A stretch of DNA of 64,000 bases from Botryllus schlosseri (taxonomy: Eukaryota), in assembly GCA_051294905.1 (NCBI GenBank), contig CM119374.1, forward strand, positions 3,720,001 through 3,784,000, read 5' to 3'. Positions 25,226 to 37,023 of the stretch are shown here, in pieces. Position 1 is the first letter of the stretch; each line of letters begins with the position of its first letter. A program made the position numbers and the translations under genes. Under the pieces are notes generated by a model that was given only the letters and a program-made list of their open reading frames with translations, was not told the origin of the DNA and did not search any database.

Positions 25226-27410
25226 TCATGACACATTTGAATAAAATATTCATTTTATTCCCGAAGCTTTTCGGCTGACCCTCGTCAGGGGAATATCGTC
25301 AGCAATAATGCGAGAATTCGAATAACTATGTTCAGCAACAATATATATCGCTAATTATGACGTCACACAGAAAATATACAAAGTTGGGAAAACGAGAGAA
25401 CTGCAGCGTTGGCATGGAGATAGCGAAGCAAAACAAGTTAATGCGCGATTTTCAAATGATACACAAATTCTTTCTGTTGGCATAGACTAGGTTTGCTCAT
25501 AGTGATGATGGTGGACTCAAGAACAGACAAATGAAATAAATTGCGACCCTTAGCCAATATAGAGAACATGTCCTCGTGATAGTTAGCAGCACACGTATGG
25601 TTTTCTAGTAAATGTTTGCCTATAGAAGATTTTTGACCCATGGCCTGGTTATGTTCAAGAACAAGCGGATTGTTAAGCTGCGTATTTGAGATATAAGATT
25701 TGACAGACGGTTGAATGTGTTCTTTGATACGGTCCTGCAACCGTTTCGAAGTTCTCCCTACGTACCGACAATCACAGTGGCACTTAAATTCATAAATTAC
25801 GTTGCTTTGTTTTATAGCGGGGAGAACGTCCTTTCGCGTTGCAGGAAACATTGGTATCGTGGTAAAAACAACATTGGTTTTCACCGCTGGATAACAGCGG
25901 TAGACTGCTGAAGTTATCTGTTTCTCAAATCGATAAGAAACCGGGCCAATCCAAGGAAGATGAATGTACACATCCCTATTTTCACTAAAATTACTTCGGG
26001 GGTTTCTTCTGGTTTGGTATCATTCCAATGACATAACTTTTTACTTATTGTCCGCTTAATAACATACTCTGGGTATCCGTTGTCAATGAAAATTTTACGG
26101 ATGTAGTCAAGTTCAATATTCAATTTGACCTCGGAACAAATCATCAACGCCCGGTGAACCAAGGTGCCGATTAAATTGATTTTACGACTTTTTGGGCTGA
26201 AAGAGCTCCATCGAAGTTAATGACCCGAAAATGTGGGCTTCCTATAAACGGAGGTAAGGAATTTGCCATCCCGTTTCTCCACAAGAACGTCAAGGAATGC
26301 CAGGCGATTGTTAATTTCTTTTTCCGACGTGAATTGCAATGCTGGATGTAGTTTGTTTAAATTTTCCAGGAAACTATCACAGTCAGATTCATTATCGAAT
26401 ATCACGAACGTGTCATCGACATAGCGATGGTATGATAAGGGCGGTTTAATACAAGAAGAGAAGAGCTTATCTTCATGGAATCCTACAAATATATTGGCTA
26501 GAATAGGACCCAATGGTGATCCCATTGCTACACCATCAGATTGCCGGAACATGATATTGTTGAAACTAAATTCAACAGAACACACAGCGTTTCTCATCAA
26601 TTCAATGAAGGTAGCTCTCGAGAAAGGAGGAGGTATTAGCTTACCGTTATATAGAGCATCAGCGCAAATATTCAACGTCTCATTTAGTGGTACGTTGGTG
26701 AAAAGGCTCTTTATGTCGAATGAGCCTAGGAAATTATCGCGCGGGGATAGCTGTGAGCGACGCATCTCATCAGCGAAGGTAAAAGAATCGCGTACGCAAA
26801 GCGACCCGTAAAGTTCGCGAACAGGTTCCAGTATGTTGATCAACCACTTCGCCAACTTCTGTTGCATTGACCCAGTCATGCTGAGTATCGGTCTGAGTGG
26901 CACATCGTCTTTATGCGTCTTCGGTAATCCATACATACGCGATCTTTGGGAGCCAACAGGCCTGATGGAGTCATATTCTTCAGGGGATATTACGTCATCG
27001 TTTTTCAAGATTCGAAGGCGTCGTTGTAGTCGTCTTTCAGACTTTGCAGTATTGTCGTATTCCGAGACCGGGCCAAGTACAACGAATTTGGAATTATCCT
27101 CGAGAATACTCATCATCTTTGAAACGTAATCTTTCTTGTTTAAAATTACCACGCCAGTACCTTTATCTGGTTTCGTTATGTGAATATCGGGGTTGCTTCG
27201 CAGAGATTTTATGGCACGGAAGCATTCCTTTGTCATCAAGAAATCCGCTTTGTCAACTGGACATCCACAATACGAATGTGCCAAGTCCGTAAGTCTTGCT
27301 TTGAGAGCTGGCACTTCATCGATTGATTTTGCTTCACGGTGCTTCAATTGAGCTAATAGAATCTCAAATTCGGCGAAAACCTCCACACTCTTGACATTAA
27401 TTGGTGGAAT
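25226..27410 (-). mobile_element. Penelope-like retroelement (RT + GIY-YIG endonuclease), 5'-truncated, with one nonsense codon and one frameshift
   Basis: KPDKGTGVV, SFDIKSLFTNVP, GVAMGSPLGP, RYVDD; VIYEFKCHCDCRYVGRT..EH; TAA at 26217-26219, frameshift ~25990, ORF ends 25438. Confidence 0.95.
25256..25295 (-). ncRNA. Minimal type I hammerhead ribozyme (PLE 3' end, left arm)
   Basis: tattccc-CTGACGA-gggtcagcc-GAA-AAGCTT-C-gggaata: 7-bp stem I, intact core, palindromic stem III; predicted cleavage after 25263. Confidence 0.85.
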
Positions 27411-28730
27411 GCAATCTGATGGTGTAGCAATGGGATCACCATTGGGTCCTATTCTAGCCAATATATTTGTAGGATTCCATGAAGATAAGCTCTTCTCTTC
27501 TTGTATTAAACCGCCCTTATCATACCATCGCTATGTCGATGACACGTTCGTGATATTCGATAATGAATCTGACTGTGATAGTTTCCTGGAAAATTTAAAC
27601 AAACTACATCCAGCATTGCAATTCACGTCGGAAAAAGAAATTAACAATCGCCTGGCATTCCTTGACGTTCTTGTGGAGAAACGGGATGGCAAATTCCTTA
27701 CCTCCGTTTATAGGAAGCCCACATTTTCGGGTCATTAACTTCGATGGAGCTCTTTCAGCCCAAAAAGTCGTAAAATCAATTTAATCGGCACCTTGGTTCA
27801 CCGGGCGTTGATGATTTGTTCCGAGGTCAAATTGAATATTGAACTTGACTACATCCGTAAAATTTTCATTGACAACGGATACCCAGAGTATGTTATTAAG
27901 CGGACAATAAGTAAAAAGTTATGTCATTGGAATGATACCAAACCAGAAGAAACCCCCGAAGTAATTTCTCGTGAAAATAGGGATGTGTACATTCATCTTC
28001 CTTGGATTGGCCCGGTTTCTTATCGATTTGAGAAACAGATAACTTCAGCAGTCTACCGCTGTTATCCAGCGGTGAAAACCAATGTTGTTTTTACCACGAT
28101 ACCAATGTTTCCTGCAACGCGAAAGGACGTTCTCCCCGCTATAAAACAAAGCAACGTAATTTATGAATTTAAGTCCCACTGTGATTGTCGGTACGTGGGG
28201 AGAACTTCGAAACGGTTGCAGGACCGTACCAAAGAACACATTCCACCGTCTGTCAAATCTTATATCTCAAATTCGCAGCTTAACAATCCGCTTGTTCTTG
28301 AACATAACCAGGCCATGGGTCAAAAATCTTCTATAGGCAAACATTTACTAGAAAACCATACGTGTGCTGCTAACTATCACGAGGACATGTTCTCTATATT
28401 GGCTAAGGGTCGCAATTTATTTCATTTGTCTGTTCTTGAGTCCACCATCATCACTATGAGCAAACCTAGTCTATGCCAACAGAAAGAATTTGTGTATCAT
28501 TTGAAAATCGCGCATTAACCTGTTTTTCTTCGCTATCTCCATGCCAACGCTGCAGTTCTCTCGTTTTCCCAACTTTGTATATTTTCTGTGTGACGTCATA
28601 ATTAGCGATATATATTGTTGCTGAACATAGTAATTCGAATTCTCGCATTATTGCTGACGATATTCCCCTGACGAGGGTCAGCCGAAAAGCTTCGGGAATA
28701 AAATGAATATTTTATTCAAATGTGTCATGA
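27411..28730 (+). mobile_element. Inverted ~1.32-kb copy of the 3' part of the same Penelope-like element (inverted pseudo-LTR arm)
   Basis: Reverse complement of 25226-26544 with roughly 10-12 differences counted by eye; same TAA at 27736-27738; ORF ends 28518. Confidence 0.95.
28661..28700 (+). ncRNA. Minimal type I hammerhead ribozyme (PLE 3' end, right arm)
   Basis: Identical 40-nt motif; predicted cleavage after C28693. Confidence 0.85.
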
Positions 28731-31700
28731 AGTTCTGTACTCCTAAGCATATCAACAATCGTATTACAAAATATGACGTCACCAGCATGAAATGAGATCT
28801 GAAATAGGAGAGCGTCCAATGTACTATTGTAAGATGGTACGCGTACTCTTTTTGTGGACAAGGCTTGAGCTGATGTAACTTGATAAAGGTCGACTCCAAG
28901 GCACAAAGATTAAAGTGTATGCGGCCCTCCCGATGACGCGAAATCTGTCGTCTCGATGATTTTTCGCACGAGCAAGACTATCCAACAGATGTTTCCCAAT
29001 GGCAGAATTTATGGCCTTTGAACGCTCAGCGTCAAGCTTGAGCGGATGAGTCAATTGAGGGTGAGCTTTTTACAAAACGTGATTCACGTGTTCTCATAAA
29101 TCTAGGCATATGCTGGTTTATGCGTTCCGGCAAATGCTTCGACGTTCTTCCTACGTAGCCACAATAACAGTGGCACTTAAATTCGTTCACTACATTACTT
29201 TGTTGACGGGAGCAGTTGTGTTATCTTAAAATCACGTTGGTTTTCACTGCGTTGTGACACTTGTTGGCCGCGGAAATCAATTGTTTTTCAAAGCGGGTGG
29301 AATAGGACCAATCCAAGGTAGATGGATACAAACAGAGGTGGTCAGTAACGAATTACTTCTACTTTTTGGAAGTACTCAAGTAGTTTTCCTCTACTTCTGG
29401 TACTTACTCAAGTAGATCTCATTTTCTCTACTTCTACTTCTCCTTCGTAATATTTTGTGATCTACTTACTTACTTTTCGCTATTTTCAGTTTGTCAAGTA
29501 GAAGTAGTTTAATACTCCAATATCAAAGATAGCCTGAGGAATTTCGGTGCTGTTTTCACGGAGTACCAACATTAAATTTTCATAAAAGTCAAGTAAAGCC
29601 CAGAAACTTTGTTGCGTTTCGCGCAGAGTAGTTATGAAGTTACAGATTTGTTTTCACGAAAGTCTCAGTGAATATCATTCAGGTACTGGATTGCTTGGTT
29701 CCGCTCATACCGCATTGTCGCCCATACCAAATATTTCATCACAGTAAATATGGCTCACCATAACGTTTGAAACCACCGTTTCGCAATATAGCAATTACCC
29801 ATCATATCGTAATCTAGCAGCCCATGACGTGTCCTGCTAATCTGGAAAGTCCTGCTTTTCTCACGTTGACCTGTTTTAGCATATCAGCTTTGTGGACAAA
29901 AGACATTAAATTTATTTTCCGCTTTTTAGAAGTGGTATCTGTGTTTCACTATCAATTCCGAGTATCATGCTTTAAGTTCTAATTACTTTCAGTTCTTTTG
30001 TCTGCAGAACATACATGTTGAAGCATAAAAGCAAGTGTAGTATTGCCTCTATTTTCCGAAAATAAAGCTACAATAAATATAGATTTTACGATCCACAATA
30101 TTATATTATCAACGTATAATAATCGCGCAAAGTGTTGAAACCGTATCCGATACAACTTCTCCGCATTACTCTTCGCCTAAACTTGGGGTCTTATAATATG
30201 GGGTAGTGCGCCATGCCATGGTGCTCTCTAAAACGCGATCTTCTAGTAAACAAAGAGTTGGTATCGTATTTTCATATCAATACTATAATTTGCATCCCAT
30301 GATGCGAAAGAATGCTTATTCTGTCGAAATTAGATACCTCGTTGGATGCATTATTACCTATCAAGCTATCTGCACCTTCCGCATAGCTCAATTTGCAGCT
30401 TTTGACAGTCCATGCGGACGAATTAAGACTGTTTTCAAAAGTACTTACTTGAGTAGATTTAAAGTCAGTCAATTCTACTTCTACTTCAATTGGTTTCATG
30501 TGGCTTATGGAAGAAGTAATTCTACTCGTACCTGAGTAGATTTTTTTCGTCGCTACTTCTACTTCTACTCGAGTAGCTTTCTTGACTACTTTGACCACAT
30601 ATGGATATAAACATATTTGGTTCTCTATACCGCGGCTGATGACTTTTTCAGGGTAACCGTGAACAATTATGATTTTGCGGATGTTGTCAAGTTCTAAACT
30701 CAGTGTGTTACCCGAACATATCAGAAACGGTAAATGCACGAGTGTGCCGATGAGGTTTATTTTTCTACGTCGAGGGCTAAACGAATTCCAACTAGGGTAT
30801 TTGTTTGTGAATGTCGGTTTCATGAATATATATGATTCAAATTGGTTTGTATTCTGCTTTTCGACTAAAAAGTACAAATATGATATTTAGTTATTGCATT
30901 CTTTTTCTATTGTGAATCGCGAGGTCCGGTTAAGGGAGTTTCGGCGAATGGAAAACTGATCACAATCCTACTCATTCCTGAATATGACAAAAGTATCATC
31001 AAAATATCGACGATACAACAACGGTTTGATGACTCACGCTGGGAAAGAAGCTCGCCCTCTTATTATCCTACGGAAATGTTAGCCTAGATAGGTCCAAGAG
31101 GCGAGCTCATGGCTACGCCGTCAATTTGCCTACATGACATCGTTAAAGCTAAATTGAACGGAGCAGGTTGCGGCCTGTAAGAGTTTAACAGAAACGTTGC
31201 ACGGGAATGGTGGTGGTTGTACCGTGCCGACGTAAAGTGCGTTGACACAACTATATATAGTCTCTTGTAGAGTAACTTTCGTAAAGAGACTAGAGATATC
31301 AAATGAGCTTAGGAACACGTTCGAACTCGACGATTCCAGGCTTGGTATTTTACTAGCGAAAGTGAACGAATCGCGAACACATCCCATGTCGTACAATTCA
31401 CGAAGAGGTTCCAAGATGTCAATGCGCCATTCTCCCAGCTGATGTTGAGCAGACCCGGTCATATAAAGCATAGGTCTCACCCAGACATTTTGGCACTCCA
31501 TGCATGCGTCGGTCTGACAGTGTTGTATATTTTCGCCATCAAGACATCGTTTTTCTTCAACGCCAGCCGGAAGCGTACCACTCGTCCTTCAATATTTAGT
31601 GTGTTATCGAATTCCGAACCGAACTTAGCGTGACAAATTTGGTTTTTGTTTCGGAGTAAGTCTGGGCAAGCCGACCATTTTTAGTATCAGCCTATCGATT
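28731..31700 (-). pseudogene. Older, decayed Penelope-like element of the same family, split by a MITE and by the palindromic PLE
   Basis: VRPMLYMTGSAQHQL, FLSSFDISSLFT, GVAMSSPLGP, KPTFTNKYPSWNSFSPRRRKINLIG, IHLPWIGP, SAIGKHLL, ESTFIK..QKEYAYHL; many lesions. Confidence 0.88.
29333..30603. mobile_element. hAT-type element with TACTC/AAGTAG subterminal repeats, inserted in the old PLE
   Basis: Ends cagaggtggtca / tgaccacatatg; TSD gatacaaa/gatataaa; PLE homology resumes on both sides. Confidence 0.78.
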
Positions 31701-33357
31701 TTTGAGCTGGACATCGGAACATTTTCAAATTGCAAATGAGGTCCCGACTAAAAATACTGGAAACCACCCGATGTGCATTCTGCTGGTGCATTTTATAGCA
31801 ATATATAGAAGAATCGATATCATTAACAGAACTCATTCACAAAATTAACATTTAGATACATATACTAACCCCTCAAGGAGTTGGATCGATAACCCTACGG
31901 TGGGACCAAGACCAGTGCTTTTTTGGGCGTAAAGGGACTGAACAAATGTTGTTTTTGACATGGTTAGAACACAGAAGCAGATAACCGCACCTACCGATCG
32001 GATACAGTTCGCCAGACAATTTCATCCGGCCCGTTTTGAAATCTGTTGTAGACCCACGCAATCACCATAGCTCACATTGAAGATAACCCAAATCAGAACC
32101 AATGTTTTACTCCACTCCTGTATGCAGTCGATAGACGAAGTAGTTTTGCTGGTGTGACGTGATATTGAATGTAAATGTGTTTATAACTTCTTGTAAACCC
32201 CGCTAGTAGGCGCTAAAGAGTGTCAAGAGTTTGAGCCACAAAAATATGGTAGCTGATAGAGTTGAGGGGGGGGGGGGGCTTCAACAAATTTGGCGCATAA
32301 TTAATGATGATAGGTATTCGGGTATTTACTAATCTATTGTTGCATGTTGCAAGTCCAGTAACATCATTCATCCGATTTTAAATTGGGATTTCTTCAACCG
32401 CCGCATTATTTTTCTCTCGGGTACGCATTAGTAGGCCTACGTGGGGCTCAGATTGCACGGAGTCTAATATATTGAAATCGAATAATCAACTGACCGCAGA
32501 ACGGTCACCCCTGATGTATACGATTTATTAATTTGGTGGCGAAAGTTGTCAACAGATGTTAGATTAATGGTTATCAGTGATTCATATGAATTGTTGTTTT
32601 CTGGCCGTTTTGCTGGGTTCATACAGCAGCATTCCAACTCGTACGCAAACATCACACTTTGATCATAACATTTCCATTCTCTGCCTAAACTCGTAAAGCT
32701 ATTTGTGTGTCGAATTTATTTCATTGTAGTATCATTGCTAGCAGATTCTTCGTCCGTATACGGAATTCACATTGAAATGAACCCCAATATTTCAGCGGAC
32801 ACTCGTCCGGGCTAATCGTCACAACTAGTAGAGAAATGGAGAAATCTTAAGTATATATGAGAAGACCGAGGACAGTGTCAACGAGACAAGATCGAACAAT
32901 GTCCCACCGGTCGTTGACGCTAGGTCAGGGTTAGGGTCGTTTCGTCTACGGCAAAACTGTATTTTGTATCGCATAGCACAACGTGTGCTTAGAGAGGATG
33001 ACATAAATAGAACCTAAGTTTACAACTATGATTGTCGTGGACAACAGATTCTCTTCTCTCATTTTGTGGGGTCGCGAAAACAATGTGCATGGGGCTTAAC
33101 TATTCCGCCACATTATCGACAAGACTTCCACAACATACCGATGTCCTCGACTCTATCGCCTGCTTCGCTAGGTCATTTATGGAATGAGCAACACATACTA
33201 AGACCAGATCGATACTCCCTGCGCGTATTCAATTACCCAGTAATCGTACGGACTGGCCCCCAACTCGAACATGAAAAGGACTCGCATATATGACACAGAT
33301 TTGTGAATTCAGGATTTTATTACAGGAGATATATTTCTGGTCGTATTAGCAAGTTGT

Positions 33358-33893
33358 TTATTCAACTGAGCGGCAATATTTCATGACGATGCCCCGTTGA
33401 ACGTTTTTTATCGTGCCGAACATGTTAAACCTTGTCAAAACCATACCGCCTAGGATGACAGCGATGCATACCGATAGGTTACCAGCATCTATTCCTAACT
33501 CCCGATAGAATTCATCAGAATCAATCACAGCTACGAGATATATAACCCCGAATATAGGTTGGACTGTTAACGTTGCAAACCCAAGACAGGCAATATACAA
33601 TGCTACGGTAGCGCGCAATGAGCCCACCGCCCGCCTCAAGTCATTTTCGTCTTTCCGGCTCAATCGCAATTTGATGTCATGAAGATCTGGCGTGATCGGC
33701 AACCGTTGAAGGTACATCAAACAGAAAATGCATAACAGAATAGAAGTAGAAAATATTTGTGATGTCGGTTCGAAATAGCGTGGCCAAACGAAAGATGCGA
33801 CGAAGAACTCTACGGTCGCGATGAAGCCGGTTACGCACACCACCACCTGACCCTCTAGATCACGTAGGTCGGCCTTGCTCAGGTTAACCAGAT
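33358..33893 (-). CDS. Unrecognised four-TM protein, paralog 1, terminal exon
   Basis: ttgttacag acceptor, phase 1; 177 further codons with four hydrophobic segments, ending KYCRSVE; AATAAA on - at 33316-33321. Confidence 0.78.
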
Positions 33894-34360
33894 CTGTAAC
33901 AAGAGTAAGATAAGGGCGTGTACCTTCACAGGGTATACGCCCTAGCCTATGTAATACATGGTTCCGGTAATACTACAGCCGAATGCATCGAATTACAGAA
34001 GTTACCGCCTGCCGTAAATCAGACGGGTCTCTGAGAGCAATGCTACGTCGTCTCCAATCTATTTACCATTCCGAGATCGCAGAACGGAAAACATGCTAAC
34101 GGAGTGAGTGAAGAATTTTCATCAAGAAAATGGACCTAAGCTAGGACGAAAACGCCAAAAGCGGTTACATGCATCAACACGCAAACATTGCCCGAAAACC
34201 ATAACGCTTCTGGTATATAAATAGGCTACTATATTATACGAGGTCTGAGTGAATAGGCCCCTATCATTACATATTTCTTCTAATCCAATCATGCCTATGT
34301 GCACTTTAATGACATTGAAGTGTGGGAAGGGAGCAGTTGATGTACTGTCTGCATCATCGT

Positions 34361-36361
34361 GAGAGATAGAGAGAGTCCTTATTTTCATCAAACCAAAATA
34401 CATAACACACGGCAGTGGTGGTGGTACAGAAAATATACATGCACAGTATTCGGTATTAGATAGGAATGATCGATAAGACCGTGAAGGTCATCTAGTCTGA
34501 TCACACCAGCATCAAACAGGTACACTTGACTCTAAACCAGTGGTCGGGAACCTTTTGCGTCTGAAGAGCCATATTGGCCCTATATTTTCCATTTCAACCC
34601 CAAAGAGCCATACATGTCAATCCAATATTACGTCACAATTGAAAACGATGACGTCATCATAACACTTATTTGAACTCACTACATGCCCTAGTGTGTGTCA
34701 CATTTTCTCTGTGTGTCACATGCGAAACTTGAGTTACATAGATCCTTTGCTAGTGACATCTTTTTAATTGTATTACAATGAGAGCCATATGATATTTTTC
34801 GAAACTTTGAGACAACTACCATTTACAAAAGATGTAGACAACAGTTAAAGTGGTGTTAATCTACTTTCGTCAGTTATACCATCGTAGGCTCGTCTTGGTG
34901 CTCCTTTTTAATGTGAGGAGTGAGGACCCATGATCACACGCGTAGGTGGAGCCGAAAATGGTCACTACAGCCGTACACACCCACTATACGTCGGTGTGGC
35001 AAGTGAGGAATTGCATCGGTATTTTCTATCGACGTGTATGAATGACCAGATTTTGAACATTTTTACTCCCAAGATCACACTATTTTCATATTTATTGTTC
35101 GAAAATAAAGCGCGAAAGGGAAGTAAGGCACACGTGAAGCTCACACGGGCCGCATAGGTGAGGCCACAAGCCACAATCAAGCCTAACCTATGATAGCGCA
35201 ATTCATCATAAATAGCTTGTAATTGATAAGAATTATTAGTAATCATCGAATGCAACTGCTCTGAAAATATAAATATTGATCGACTTCTCAATTCTCAAAA
35301 TATTCGAACATCATTTTGCGCAACACGCCTACATTTTAACACCGGTACTTACAAAGCTACTTACTAATCAAGAACATGGACAGTGGACACTGAAAGCTAA
35401 GACGTCGTTTGTAATTTGAATTTGTTCATTTCTCGCTGTATAGATCAGAAAGACAATGTTTATTTGAAGCCTGTATGACAATTCAGACGCCGCGATGCCT
35501 GGTATTCTCTTTGATCATTTGATCAATCAACATATCGTGCAAATTTGAGATCTCAAAGCGTACGATGTCGGGTGCGGCGAACTCGCGAGTGACATTGTTC
35601 GCCGGCGCGAAAGCAACTTGAATTTTGCGATTTTGAAAAGGGTGCCCGTCTGCCCGAACCCCTAACACTGAATACGCCACTGTCTTGACCAGTCATGTTT
35701 ATACAGCCACAAGCATAATTGTTCTGGTCCAAGGAAAACATGCCAAGAAGTCGTCAAGTTGCTGCAATATTGATAAATTAAGTACAAAAATCAATATTTG
35801 ACAAAGAGCCATATACTGTACCCAAAAGAGCCATATATGGCTCGCGAGCCATAGGTTCCCGACCACTGCTCTAAACAGTCTGGCTGTAAAAAATGTTACA
35901 AAAAATGTTACAGTAGTTAAAAAAAATAGAGAAAAAAAATTAAACGATGGTAGCAAATGATCAATGAAGCGATGTCTGGGCGAGGTATAGGGCAACAGTG
36001 TTAGTGTAACGACAAGAGGTGATTAAGTAGGGCTTTTTTGAATCTATTATAGGGCAATTCACGGATATGTGGTGCTTATGCGTTCCAGATGATAGGTCCC
36101 GAGTAGTCGATGGACCTCTTAGTTGAGTTGCTATTGGGTGGGGGTAAGTAGATATTTCCTTTAGACGAGGATCTCGTGTAATGGGAGTGGACATTTTTAG
36201 CAGGCATGAAAAAGTCATCAAACACAGGAGGCAAACTATTGGAAAATTATTTGTGAATGACTTTTGATACTTCGAAGCGATATAGGTCGTCAACTTGCAC
36301 AATTCGGTGCTTGCGGTAGTAAGGCGATAGTTTGGTACGTAAAGGTACAGATGAGATCAGC
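34361..36361 (-). mobile_element. 5'-truncated CR1/L2-group (Crack/Daphne-like) LINE with a nested MITE
   Basis: C-terminal tail ~36001-36350 (VDDLYRFEV..HSHYTR..YSGPIIWN..FKKALLNHL); CT/CTAT tail at 34361; absent from the paralogous site ~46633. Confidence 0.75.
34538..35868. mobile_element. CAGTGGTCGGGAACC-family hAT element with GAGCCATA repeats
   Basis: TIRs; perfect TSD ctctaaac. Confidence 0.9.
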
Positions 36362-36705
36362 CGTATGCCTTGATGATGGACATGCAATCGGTCGGTTTGG
36401 TGTTCAGGTCTGTAACAGTACCATTTCCCTCTCCACGCAACCACAGTGTGACATTGGGCGCTTAACGGGAAGGATACGAGTTTTTCGAGCATTCATTAAT
36501 TAGATTCGATTGGGGTTCTAACCTATGAACTACAGATCGAGAATTGAACCCTCTGCCGCTTTCCCTCATTCCGGCATGTACTGACTCATTTCAAATTCCA
36601 ATAAAGGGAGCTTCATAAGAGGAAGTTCCCGATCATTGATCATACATGCAAATTAACTGTACACTCTCGCACGCTCGGTCAAATCCGCGATATCAAAAAT
36701 CTTAC

Positions 36706-36751
36706 CTTTTGGAGTCATATACAACGCTTTGAACAGATGTACGCGACCCAT
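36706..36751 (-). CDS. Probable first coding exon of paralog 1 (MGRVHLFKALYMTPK)
   Basis: 111-nt exon 36706-36816 with tag acceptor and gtaaga donor, phase 1 matching the terminal exon; conserved in paralog 2. Confidence 0.55.
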
Positions 36752-37023
36752 AATGACAACCGGCACTGGATCAACACCTCGACGCCTATTTTACTAATAC
36801 CGGATAACACGAACGTCTATAATATAAGTTACACGTAATGGCGTCACGTCAACTCGTGTAACCTACCGGTCAACTAACTGTCTCATTCAACAGCACCGAT
36901 ACCAAGTCCTACGCGAGTTCATTTTTGATATTAAGCAATTATTAGACTCGACGGCCAGAACCTATCACCTCGGAAATTCAAAGGTTGAAACCGATTGCAT
37001 TGATGATGCAGTATACTGTAGTG

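Noticed and set aside
27411-27461. N-terminus MARIGPNGDPIATPSDC of the 414-aa ORF, and ORF 26494-26811
   Set aside because: These are antisense translations of the inverted arm (GVAMGSPLGP read backwards), not real protein starts.
27736-27738. Shared TAA as evidence of a variant genetic code or readthrough
   Set aside because: Other ORFs here end in TAA/TGA normally, and the older PLE has Tyr at this site; a nonsense mutation is the simpler explanation.
32030-32125. Signal-peptide-like exon (EWSKTLVLIWVIFNVSYG) on the - strand
   Set aside because: No start exon found, an early stop, and no homology.
36425-36465. 39-nt phase 1-1 micro-exon (APNVTL.L.GEGN) for the four-TM gene
   Set aside because: It would need an AAG acceptor and a weak donor; the synonymous bias is suggestive but insufficient.
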